A stretch of 64,000 nucleotides of DNA from assembly GCA_965203295.1 (NCBI GenBank), contig CBDBCZ010000018.1:2624001-2688000 (forward strand), read 5' to 3'. The DNA comes from Nitrospirales bacterium. Lineage in GTDB: Bacteria > Nitrospirota > Nitrospiria > Nitrospirales > UBA8639. Under the pieces are notes generated by a model. The model was given only the letters and a program-made list of their open reading frames with translations, was not told the origin of the DNA and searched no databases. Position numbers and translations under genes: made by a program. Positions 54,201 through 64,000 of the stretch are shown here, one piece after another; positions within the stretch are counted from its first letter, which is position 1, and every line of letters starts with the position of its first letter.

Positions 54201-57200
54201 TCTTGAATTATGCCAGTGTAATTGGCCGGTCCCTACTGAGGAGTGATGTTCCAACTGCATGCACGCATAGTACGGGCCAAGTTGAGGAGGCATCACAACC
54301 TAGCATATCATCAATACACTTTGAAGCTCATATAAGCTTTCTCTGTACTGCCATGTTAGTTTCTAATATTGTAGCTGGCAATTACACTCAACTGTATAAA
54401 ACTTGCTACAGTTATTGTACTCAGTGTACTCACGTACAATAAACCACCATGCATACAGTAACTGGTATATTGTACATAATTATATACATGTATACATGCA
54501 TATGTATGTATAGGAACCGCAGCTCCAAGGGCTCTAATTGAATCACTGCACAAGTGGATTTTTCATACATCCCACCTGGAGCTGTGGTTTAACTTGTTTG
54601 TAGCATGGAATGGCTCGTTTTAGTGAGCAATAAGCTGTCTACAGAGCCTAGCCTAGCTCTAGTCGGTCAAGCTTCCGGTGAAATATACCATCTTCCAGTG
54701 CAGTATGTATATTACATTGGAAGCGAGTGTGGTATGGAATATATTGCACTGTGAATGCCTTTGAACCACCCATGCACCATGCTACAATTATACATAAATG
54801 TGTGATTTGATGCCCATAGGTCGCAATTATTTGCCTCACTGTGCCCAGCAATTATCACTGGTATAGCTAGGTGATTGCTTACAGGTACCCCTGCCCATGT
54901 TCATTAAACTTACATAATTTGACCTAAAATGTATTCCCATGACTAACTACTACTGATTACAGATCCATTCCTATTTTGTAGGTGGTGCAGCGCCATTTAT
55001 TCCTCTCACAGCTGTTGCAGCAATGTTTCCAGAGTTGGCTAGCAACATAGCTCCACAGGAAGTTACCTGGATGCCACTCCCAGCGGAGATCCCTCCTGCA
55101 TGTCCTCCTGGGCTGGAGTACCTTGTCCAAATTGATCAGATTCTTGTGCGTCAACAAATTGAAAGTGAGTTTCTACTACTTTGATTAATATTGAATTGGT
55201 ATTCGTGTATTGATATCCTATTACACTCGGTAGTTTTATACTGCTAGTATAAAAAGGGTGTTGTGATGCATGATGACAAATGGCATCATTGATCAGTAAA
55301 GATCAATTTAAAAACTTTTTCAGTGGATTGTAAAACTGAACTTACTTAGCTATAATCAATCATTCTGGGTAAGAGGATCTTTTATCCTGTTTGTACTGCA
55401 CATGCACTCTTGATGTACAAGGTGTTGTATTGAAAGATGTATATTTGCACCCTAAGTGAGTGTCAATACTTCGGCACTACTGCTTGAAGAATCTACAGAT
55501 AGTCATTTCTCTGATTACCAGCTACAGAAGGCTATCAATGCCAACATACATGTACATGTATGTGTTACAACTATTGCACCATACATCTTTGAATGTAATG
55601 TACATTTGACATGTGTGTGTTGGATGCGTGTTGTGTACATATCATTTTGAAGTGAATAGCCTTGTTCGCAGTTCCCACTCACCTTTTTTCCGCGATATTT
55701 CTATGAGTGGGAAAACTGGGGTGTAGAAACTGGGAATGGCAGTATAGTTATAGTTTGGAATAATAGTAATGCAACACACCTGAACCCTGAAGCACCTTTC
55801 AGCTATAAAGTGCACAAGTCAGAAGCATTAAATTGGCTCTTGCCTGTGGTATATACAGTGGAGCATCACTTTCTGATTAATGTAGTGGATCTCTCTATGC
55901 AAACACCTACCACGTCCTCTTCATCTGTTTTAAATCAATATGTTCAGATCAACAACTAGGGCACTTCTTTATGTGTAGTAGCGTACTCCTGAGCTAGCCT
56001 CGTTCCCAGGCCTCTGCACAGCTTTTGACACTTGCCTGGGAACGAGGCTACTCCTGAGCTATGTATAGAACTTCACCCACTTGTCACGTAGCCATGCTAG
56101 TAGTATTATTTAAGTATTTTTTTGTGCTGGATGGGTACACAGCTACTGAAGTACCTCAAAATTGTAAATGTATCATGTAGCTACCTACCCTTTTTCTAGG
56201 TACAAGCCCTGACAGGTGCTTGAACATCTCTATACAGTAATACTATTGATTCCTTTTTTGCTACAGTTATCTCAGGCTACGGAACTGTGAATAAATACAG
56301 AATTCATAATACTCTAGGACAGCTAGTATACTTTGCTTCTGAAAGTAAGTATTAACAGCCGGGTACGATTTGTAGTACATGTACGTCATATTATTGATAT
56401 GGAAAAGTTGCTATGTATCACTGCTGATTAGTAAATTACATGTATGTGCAGGATGCTCTACATTTCCATCATTTTGTTGCAAGCAGCAATACTGTATGGA
56501 AAAAAACAAGCCAAATGTAACATATAGGTTTTGCAACTGTCACTTGCTGAAGTTGTAAGTTAGCCTTGTGCACTCTACATTGCAGATAGCTCTGCGTACC
56601 CTGTTCAGTTGCGATTTCTCTAAGTTTCTCAGTTTCGCTCGGTGCAATATATGACATTCTAACCACTCATGAGGTTGATTCTGGTGAAAAAAATCCCGGA
56701 GGCCAGTGCCCTTGAGGGTTTAGTTTAAAAAAAAACAACAGTTTTGCTCGTACTAAAACAGTTTTTGTTTTTTAGTTTCAGCTAACTAATAAACACTATA
56801 ACGTGCCCTATCTGCCTATGTGCTCTGTACTAGTATTGCTGCTCCATGTCTGAAATTAGCACTATAGGCTACTTGTACATACATTTAATGTGTATGTATG
56901 TGCATATGGAAGTCTGCAATGTTTTGTATGACTTACTAGCCTCGTGCCCAGGCTCATTGTGTGGGAGGAAAGTTGAGCCTGGTACACACTGTTTGCACAT
57001 GCTCAGTTCCCCCAGGATTTCCGGGGTCTTGGAAACTAGCGGATACTACAGCGTAATATTATCCGTCTATCATCGTATCACCGTCCGTTACACTAAAGTA
57101 GTTGGCGAGTTATAAGCGTCCTGGAGCATTTTAAAGCCATGTAGATGCCTCGAAAGTGATTGCTGTAGTTTGATTCTTCGATCCAGTTTGCTTCTGAAAG

Positions 57201-60200
57201 GCCTAGAAGACCAGATCTGCCACTACCAAAAGGGGGGCGCTTCTGAATTTTTAAGGTAAGACATATACCATAAACCTAGCGGATAGAAGGTACAGATCTC
57301 ATTGTTATTTTTAATCGGGTTTCAAAGCTATCTGAAGTTGGAGAAAGGCAGAACGAGCTAGTTTCTAGTTCTTCTGCTTACTATACATGTATGCTGCTCC
57401 GTACTACTCCTTACCACGTGACTGAGATCATTCATGGATACGTTTACTGACTCTTTTCCGTAAATTCTTGCGCATGCGTGAACAGTGTGTACCACGCTCA
57501 ACTTTTCCCCCACGCAATGAGCCTGGGCACGAGGCTAATGACTTACATAAATGAACTACACATGGGTAAATCAGATGGAGTAGATCTACAGCTGCAGCAG
57601 TGCAGAAATCAGGTATTTCTGTGTTACAGTGTAAGAGATACATGTACCAGCTTAAGTTTACAGTATCCAGGATCGTACAAATGTGGCATAAATGTACATG
57701 TAGTTACTGATGCTCAATGAAAGAAGCTGCAACCTTTTAGCATTGACTGCCATTAGTTGAAGGTTAGTACTTACCTTGTACCAAAGATCAGTACATTCTC
57801 ATTGCTTCGAAAGCTGCCCACGAAACTTTTAAATCAGTACCATCAAAGTATTCCGTGCCAGTTCAATGGAGGAATTCTTTGATAATGCAGCCATGTTATA
57901 CATTGAATATTGCCTTCACAAAGGTGAACAAAACCACTTCCTTTCAGGGTCTACTCCATTCCAACGTGAGTGCTGTGGACCTGGCAGAGAATCTTCTATG
58001 TCCATCACTGACAACACGCAGCGTGAGGTAAGTATGGCACATAAGATAAACGGTTTGAATTGTGAGGGTGCTGCATAGTTGAACTGCATAGTCTGTAAGT
58101 ATTAAACTTTGCAGTACACTATGCTTACTTTATTGGACTGTGCTCTAGCTATACATGTACACCAATCAAACTGCGCTCTGGTTTGAAGCCACAGTTAATT
58201 CACCTTGCAAGCAGGCAGTGGCTGCACTCCTGATCCTTTACAGAGCCAAGAGTAACATGGATTTTAGCTGTATTGTAAGACCAGTACTTTCGAAATCCCT
58301 CCTTCGATAAGCACTTCATACACAACTGACACTACAGCATATCCTACACTGCTGCATGAACTATAAGACTCGGCTCTTTCCGCCTCACAGACAACTAGCT
58401 ACAACTAATCAACAATTAAACTGTCAATCAGCATACACCTTGACTCTTCCCTACAGTAGAATATGACATCTTCCTACTTGATACGCAACCCTACAACTAT
58501 ACACAGTCACTATTTTATTAAAATGGACCAATACGGTCACATATTATAAATGCACATTTAGACATGCATAGGGATGTGGCATGGAGGGGATTGTGCTGTG
58601 TGTGGTTGGCAAGATGTAGGGAATGCTAGGGATGGTGATCTGTTTGTAGTGTCAAATATTAATTCCTACTTTGTTTGGTTGTTTTTTTGGGATTCCATTC
58701 CTACATGCTTTTTTTAAAACTATCAAGCACAATAAATACGTACGTACATAGGCAATAACCTTGATGATGCTCTTCACACCAAATTGATACTTTGCAACAG
58801 CAGCCACATTTGACTCTCCATTCACACTCACAAAGTTGGAGGCAACAGTGTTATACAAGGAGACTGCCCACCATCCATCTCTTCTACCAATTTAATGTGT
58901 AGAGCATCACCATGGTTATATTGCGTATGTTCTTACTGGTTTCTATGAGACCATGTAGAGCAAACTGGAGACTATATAGAGCAAACTAGAGCCATAAGAT
59001 TACTCATAAAGTTTCTTTTAGAGGGAAGACCTTTATGGTCCCCTTTTTAATTAAATTTCAAATCACCTTCAAACTCTTAAAACTGTTGTGAGCTGGGTGG
59101 CCGCTGGTTCTTTCCTAGCCTGTCCTGGGTTCTCGGTTCTCTGGGCCGCAATCCATACTCTACGGCTTCTTCTTAAATTTGTCTACCTACGTACCTCTTG
59201 TCTCTCCTCTACTTGTATGTTATAGTTAGCTTGTAATGAGTTTATAGGCCGAGCAAGCAGCAGAGCATGGAGATATATACGTAGACAACAATGAAAGTAG
59301 CTTAATTGCTGGTTGAATGGTTGGGAGATTGGGTTGGGAGTTAGGAGGTGTAGGGTACTAATGTTTGATAGTTATATAGCTTATACTGAGTTTACATGTA
59401 GAACAAGCAGCCAAGGTTGTAAACTTGGAAACAGCGCTGGTGTTTCCATTTTGGATGAACAGTACTTGTACATGTGCAAACTCTGCTTAGCTGACTGAAC
59501 TACACAAAGTAATGGAATTAAGCAGTATATGAATATACTGTCGTTTTTGAATATGCAACCACAGAGGAAGTTGGACATGACATATGATGACACATCATTT
59601 TTTAGATGGTAAAACATACTGTAGCCATTGTAATCATTCACCTCTCAAATTTTTGCAGATTTTTACCATTAATGCATGTTAAGTATTTGGTAGCCTCAAC
59701 TGTGACACAATATGACACATACGTACATGTAACTAGAGCGATTACTATGTTAGCACTACTCTGAGAGCTAAAAAGAACAAGCAATGTTGGCACTGCCTTT
59801 TGCCTTCACTGATGTCTCAGCGATGTCGCAACAGTGCATCAAAGACCCTAATTTGCAGCATTATTTTAGTGAAGTAGGGTGCAGAAGTGAAGCTTCAGTA
59901 GGGCTTCCATACACTGCTTATAAAGAGCCAGAAGCGCAGTTACTTACTAATGTCATTGCTGCACATATCAAGGTGGTTACACTTACAATCCACAGTCCAC
60001 AGAATGAATTGAATCCTCTTTTTACAGACTGTAGAAATGCCAGCAGTGCTCTTGATAACCCATAGTACTGTACAACACTATAGCTGTACTTCCACACTGT
60101 TGGTCTTACTTACCATGTTTACATCACATTAAAAGTGATGATGTCATGACTCCCTTGATGCAACCATGTAAACTTGCAGTCAGCAGAACATTGCACAGCT

Positions 60201-63010
60201 TATTTTTGTCCCATATTCCCTTATTAGAAGTTAGTTTATGTACACCTTGATTAGCCATTCGTGGACAGCATATTTCATGTAGAAGTGCATGTTATTGAGT
60301 ATCACACAGTATATGCCCACCACTCAGGTTATACATCTTGAGCGCCCATCGCGCTGTTACTGCAATTGTAGTGGCCTGACGTGCTACTGCTGCTGCAGCT
60401 GCTGTGCTCCCCATGAAATTGAAGTGCAGTCACCGCCTGGCACAGTGATTGGCTATGTGAGACAGGAACCCCTGGGAATCTTGAACCCCTGGTTCTCTAT
60501 CGAAAACGCCGAGGGAGATTGTGTGATGAAGATCAAGGGCCCAACCCTGGGATGTAGCTGCTATTCAGATGCCAACTTTGATGTAAGTACATTGTCCTAT
60601 CATTATTGTTCCAGTACAGCATGTTTGTGTTGTACTTCGTTGTTATTAAGGAAAATAGGCGAGTTGTTTCAAGACATGTCTCAATCTATGCAAGGAATTT
60701 GTTTTAAGGTGGAACCGCACTAACCTTCAAATCTTTTTTTGAATAATTATTGAAATCATATCACTCACATGGGACTAAGTAAATTTATTAACATTATGTG
60801 AACATTTTCCCATGGCGGCAGCTGGAATTAGCGGGGGGGGGGGGGTGTCGCTTTGATAGCGGCATTTTTTTGTTTGATATTGGCACTTTGATGTGGTTGA
60901 GCAGTTACGCTGATGTTACCTTTCAACACGTTATTGTAATTAGGACCATGTATAGTGGCAAGTAGGCTAATTATGGCTGAATAGGTAGCAGAAGTCAGCC
61001 AAAAACTCAGATGGATGCTGACAGATTATTGCCCATTTTTGGTAGGTTACGGTAATGACCTCTCTGGTCTGTAAGCTTGGACCATTTTTGTAACTAGGTG
61101 GGGTAAGCTAGCTGTGTGGAAATCTGTGGAGATTTTATAGAGAGTGTTTTAGTGGGTAATTGTAAGTAACCGAGGGGTGAGTGTGGGAAACTGCTAACAT
61201 AGATTTGCTGTGAGTGGATTGAAGTTTGTAAGGCACGGCTCGATTTTGCTGGACAAAAGTGGGTGGGCAGGTAATTGTTTTTGAAAGACAGGATAGCAAA
61301 AATGAGCATTTTAGGCTGGTTGGATGCATTTTGGGCTGTAAAGCTGGATTTAAAGTATTCCTGTGAAAAAAACAAAATACGTTTTTGGTCTGTAATATGT
61401 TCTTTGTAAGTACTGCTGATGTTGTCAGACTGTGGGTGGGGTTCTAGGAGATCTGATAATTGTTTATTTTAGTGAACAACCTGAAATCGCATTTTGGTGG
61501 TTTATTTTGCAGAGGGTGTAGTTAAATACATGATTTAACCCTTTGGCTTCCACGAGCGCCAAATGGCAGAATTCTAAGTATATTAGATTTCAGTGACTGA
61601 TCAATCTTACTGAACATCCACATTTTAGGTATTGTCTGCTGATGATTCACATTCTGTTGGCAGAATTAGCAAGCAATGGGGAGGATTGGCCAAGGAAGTT
61701 TGTAAGTTGTTTGATAAGATAACTATGCTTTCTTTCTGATCACAAGGTATAAGACTAGTTCACATGAATATTACTCATTAGTTTACCAAAGTATGAGAAG
61801 TATACTGAAAATGATCTTGTTAGCTTTTTACTCTGGCCATGCATCATTGGTCTTCAAGCAGCAGTTTCATTAATGTGGGGTGGTACAATCTGGTTACTTT
61901 TTGTGGGTATATACTACACGTACAAATAGAGAAAACACCTAGAGTTCACAATTACTGCATTTAATGTGTGTTATATAGTATAACATGTACTGTAGCTTTA
62001 CCTTTCATGTTTGGGGAATTCTGCTACATACATCAACATCCAGAAAGCCACTTCCTTCAAGAATAGAGCTGTTACGTTTTGAGTATTGGCATACCGTAAA
62101 CTCTGGTTGTTAGGCGCACCTCGCTATCAAGCGCATAATATTTATTAAGCGCATGCTTCCTTCCTGGTCGTGGGTATCATTTGTTGAGCGCATGCTAAGA
62201 AACACCAAACATTTTTGAGAACTCTCTAGGTATATACATGCCCGATTACGCTTCCGTCTACTTTAGCAAAGCAACCGCACGTCTGTCAGTGAGCGTTTCC
62301 AGATTCTTGGTTAACCAGAAGAATTTCGCCAAGTCGTGGAGTCCATAACTCCTTGAAGACATGATGGCCACGGATTACACTTTCCTGGAGGAGGATAAAG
62401 TTTTGAATACTTCGCCAATACTCGCCATCTCGCTACTCTCAGCTTTTTAAACACGACTACTGTCTCTGCACGCATCTTGCATTGTCACGTGTTGGGCGTA
62501 GCTTCAATAATTGCACCCCTATTAGCGCACATCCTCTATTAGGCGCACAGCTGCTTACCACCTAGAGTCATAAGCGCATGCGCTTGTTAACCAGAGTTTA
62601 CGGTATATCCCTTTAAATACGAGAATTAATATCGCAATCTTTGAGTGAGGTCACTTGTTTTTACTATAAATCCTTAATTACACCACCAAACAGGAAGTTG
62701 CCAGAGGTTATCCCCAGGCGCTTGAATGCTGAAGTCGCTGGTTCCCCACCATGCGCACCTTTTCCAGCATTTTCCCTAGCTCATTAATTATTCATGATGT
62801 TGCCAAAAGGCTACTATATATCAGGTTTAAAGCACCTTGCAGCTTTCAAAACTACACAAGCATTTACAGAGTAGAGAATTTACACTTTTCTTATTATTCA
62901 TTACTTGCGTTTTGTTCCCCCTCCATGCATGATCATATCAACTCACGTCAGTTCCCATTGATCTGGATGTTAAGATGAAAGCTGTGATGATTGGTGCGTG
63001 CTTCCTGATT
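36253..63010 (+). CDS. PLSCR: Phospholipid scramblase (PLSCR family), spliced. Exons 36253-36295, 39646-39789, 54982-55164, (56207-56215?), 56267-56344, 57948-58027, 60328-60582, 61629-61701, 62952-63010. Last exon not found in the window
   Basis: Phase-consistent GT-AG exons: MAEVSAVQPTDQSK / Pro-rich QPPPYS / WMPLPAEIPPACPPGLEYLVQIDQILVRQQIE / NKYRIHNTLGQLVYFASE / RECCGPGR..ITDN / VIHLERP..EIEVQSPPGTVIGYV..KIKGP..FD / VGRISKQWGGL / FPIDLDVKMKAVMIGACFLI. Linking the first two exons is inferred from phase and the PPxY motif. Confidence 0.9.
36685..37107. mobile_element. Foldback/MITE with long imperfect TIRs
   Basis: gaaaagtcttgatctcttt / aaagagatcaagacttttc and agttaccaacacttatcaaggc / gccttgataagtgctggtaact. 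Confidence 0.75.
37243..37364. mobile_element. MITE (TAGTCTC ends, 9-bp TSD type)
   Basis: tagtctcacaag / cttgcgagacta; flanks ctcgcttcc / tatgcttcc. Confidence 0.65.
37687..38050. mobile_element. MITE with ~40-bp TIRs and internal tandem repeats
   Basis: tacatgtccagacatcgagaat..acttatcgcctt / aaggcgataagt..attctcgatgtctggacatgta; internal ggactctgggacatc..ggacacc..gtgaatgcctgtgt twice. Confidence 0.85.
38447..39001 (+). mobile_element. DINE-1/HINE-like non-autonomous Helentron
   Basis: Subterminal inverted repeats tacccgcgct / agcgcagggta, (GTC)n/GTCT microsatellite, 3' hairpin gtctctgctagagac. Confidence 0.75.
39310..39349 (-). ncRNA. Minimal type-I hammerhead ribozyme
   Basis: CCA-CUGAUGA-A-GACUAC(uguaug)GUAGUC-GAAAC-GUU-UGG: full core, 6-bp stem II, palindromic loop-less stem III. 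Confidence 0.8.
39460..39502 (+). ncRNA. Degenerate hammerhead ribozyme copy
   Basis: CCA-CUGAAGA-A-GAUUACCAUA(au)UAUGGUAGUC-AAAUGUU-UGG; the catalytic G12 is missing. Confidence 0.6.
40112..40627. repeat. Tandem duplication, two units of ~252 bp
   Basis: cacactgg..gtggtcgggtccaaccaccacccggcc starts at 40112 and 40364; the units are nearly identical. Confidence 0.92.
40780..41310 (+). mobile_element. LINE APE-endonuclease fragment (degenerate)
   Basis: GQVVLLGDFNTRVG and QWTRSR motifs; purine-rich like the old LINE family. Confidence 0.75.
41776..41848 (-). tRNA. tRNA-Thr(AGT)-like pseudogene or tRNA-derived SINE head
   Basis: GCTTCAG-TAGCTCAATTGGTAAGAGC-A-TCTGA-CGAGTAT-TCAGA-AGGTC-CTGGG-TTCCATC-CCCAG-CTGGGTC, then TTTTT; weak acceptor stem, G at position 33, altered T-loop. 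Confidence 0.7.
42145..42655. mobile_element. TA-CCGT-ended MITE (Tc1/mariner-pogo-like), right end degenerate
   Basis: taccgtatagttggaaaatttggcgag / ctcgcctaattttccgg; repeated ttggcga / tcgccaaa. Confidence 0.65.
42776..43470. repeat. Minisatellite-bearing repeat (~89-bp unit twice at ~42780-42950; related units at 43380-43470)
   Basis: aaggggaaaacattgtgtacgcctacacc..ttcccttatgataagggaagaaact repeated. Confidence 0.75.
43901..44000. repeat. ~100-bp hairpin
   Basis: tgcagccatagttcacgtgagatcataaaacctggtca / tgaccaggtttaatgatctcatgtgaactatggctgca. Confidence 0.85.
44157..44813. repeat. Foldback element; the left arm is split by an insertion
   Basis: 44157-44212 vs 44758-44813 and 44365-44497 vs 44621-44765 are inverted. 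Confidence 0.8.
45050..48610 (+). mobile_element. Degenerate purine-rich LINE (RT plus C-terminal CCHC), fragmented by nested repeats
   Basis: VFFLDVQK, MFADDFVG, EYGSEV, ECESVVHVLWECPVY; many stops; nested repeats at 46890-47080 and 47590-48505. Confidence 0.85.
49044..49185. mobile_element. MITE of the TAGCCTCG family
   Basis: TIRs plus 9-bp TSD gttactgat/gctactgat. Confidence 0.85.
49575..50105 (+). mobile_element. HINE-like element related to 47700-48335
   Basis: Shared cgattgcgcaagaatacgcaagaagactgtgatgtcatc block; 3' gctagagacttctagtt. Confidence 0.6.
50572..51659. mobile_element. Composite foldback element with an internal array of GA-mismatch hairpins
   Basis: Outer TIRs tgaattagt..tactcac.tgacc..agaagtctcaa / ttgagacttct..ggtcatgtgagta..actaattca; near-perfect hairpin at 50780-50956; degenerate ones at ~51025-51170 and ~51195-51360. 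Confidence 0.85.
51902..52376 (+). mobile_element. DINE-1/HINE-like non-autonomous Helentron
   Basis: ttaccctgcgc..gcagggtt, (GTCT)n, 3' gcgtggggta plus gtctctgctagagac hairpin plus ttctagtt. Confidence 0.75.
55995..56050. mobile_element. 56-bp MITE of the TAGCCTCG family
   Basis: tagcctcgttcccaggc / gcctgggaacgaggcta; perfect 9-bp TSD ctcctgagc. Confidence 0.92.
56937..57537. mobile_element. 601-bp non-autonomous DNA transposon of the TAGCCTCG family (Mutator-like TSD length)
   Basis: Long TIRs tagcctcgtgcccaggctcattg / caatgagcctgggcacgaggcta; perfect 9-bp TSD atgacttac. Confidence 0.92.
62092..62605. mobile_element. Tc1/mariner-pogo-like MITE with TA TSD
   Basis: TA-ccgtaaactctggtt / aaccagagtttacgg-TA. 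Confidence 0.88.
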
Positions 63011-64000
63011 GTGAGTGGTAATTGTATTTATGGTAGTTGTGTTCTTATTTCGCTTCAGGTTAGTGCTGTATGCCAGGGAGACCTGCATACACAGCAAAAC
63101 AATTAAAATGGCAACTATAAAACTGTAGCAGTGAATACCTAACTAATAAGGTACTTCTAGAAACAGTTAGTAGGAACATTTTGTGAAGTGGATTGCATGT
63201 TTTTGTAAAGACAAACGATTTCTTTGTACAGCTCAAGTCATAGTGCGGTCAAGGTAGACAAGTCTGATATTTCATATCTAAAAAAAAGCAGCCAGGAGCC
63301 TTTGAAGTGAACAGCTGAGGGTCAGCTCAGCAACTCATCAGGCCAAGTAACTGCCGCTATAGAACTATAATAGACCATTTGTCTCATCTGCACAAACAGA
63401 TAAGTCAAATATCGTACAGAGAATGTGCTAACTCAGCGGTTTCATTGTGTATAGTTAGAACCCTTGAAAACAGCATTATCATGCCTGCCTACCACTTTTT
63501 TGTTGTCTCACTAAAAAACCGCACTGGCCTGATGTAGGTTGGCCTACAAACCCATTAGTCGCGTAGAAATGTAATGTGTGACACAATAATACGCATGTGA
63601 TAACTATAAATGCACAAATAGACAGGTGCAGAAAACATTAAGCAATCCTAGGACCAGCCATTTTTGTGCTTTGTGCACACCCAGCTGTTATTAAATTCCC
63701 TCCACAAGAATTTTCATAACCAGGGTAGGATTCAGTACGACAAAATTTACCTCAACGTAGGCAGTTGCTGTTTGTTTGATGTAAAGAGAACGTGGGATAT
63801 CTGCTAGTGAATCCCAATAGTGGTTGAATTTATTCTGTTCTACATTTCAGTTTAAATTCACAAGATCAATCTCTACCGTAGTGCATGGCTTGATCCTCTT
63901 AAAGCTGAAAGTGGGTGATAATTTTGATCACTAGATTGAAACTATGAATGCACATGACAGTTAGCTCATACCACATAGTAGCTGTTTTATAGTGTAGTTA

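Noticed and set aside
57740..60060. Possible hAT transposase remnants on the minus strand
   Set aside because: Only vague motif impressions with many stops; needs tBLASTn/HMM support.
63201..63218. DCMFL* as the last PLSCR exon (DFMFFE-like)
   Set aside because: No AG acceptor in the required phase 0; probably chance similarity.

Overview
Eukaryotic (animal) genomic DNA, rich in introns and repeats. Short introns and the repeat style suggest a sponge or another early-branching invertebrate, but that is an impression only. Most ORF-track entries are spurious. The right half holds one spliced phospholipid-scramblase (PLSCR) gene on the + strand (~36253 to >63010) with transposon-filled introns. 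The left half is a mosaic of intron-containing, mostly disabled gene fragments: RCL1 exons 1-4, kinesin neck/coil exons present twice, a kinesin motor N-terminal exon, SLC37A exons 1-3 and adhesion-GPCR GAIN-like exons. Several of these sit in inverted or rearranged duplications. Mobile elements include a young, 5'-truncated, extremely C/T-rich LINE nested in an older purine-rich LINE, Helitron/Helentron relics and DINE-1-like elements, 9-bp-TSD MITEs, TA- and 3-bp-TSD MITEs, and a tRNA-Thr-like unit. The most striking signals are (i) a family of long hairpins that keep tandem GA/GA mismatches and a C-GAA-G apex across unrelated stems, which points to an ssDNA structure, and (ii) an inverted pair of minimal type-I hammerhead ribozymes flanked by a 13-bp direct repeat, which is Penelope-like. 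All alignments were done by eye and all homology calls are from memory of the families.
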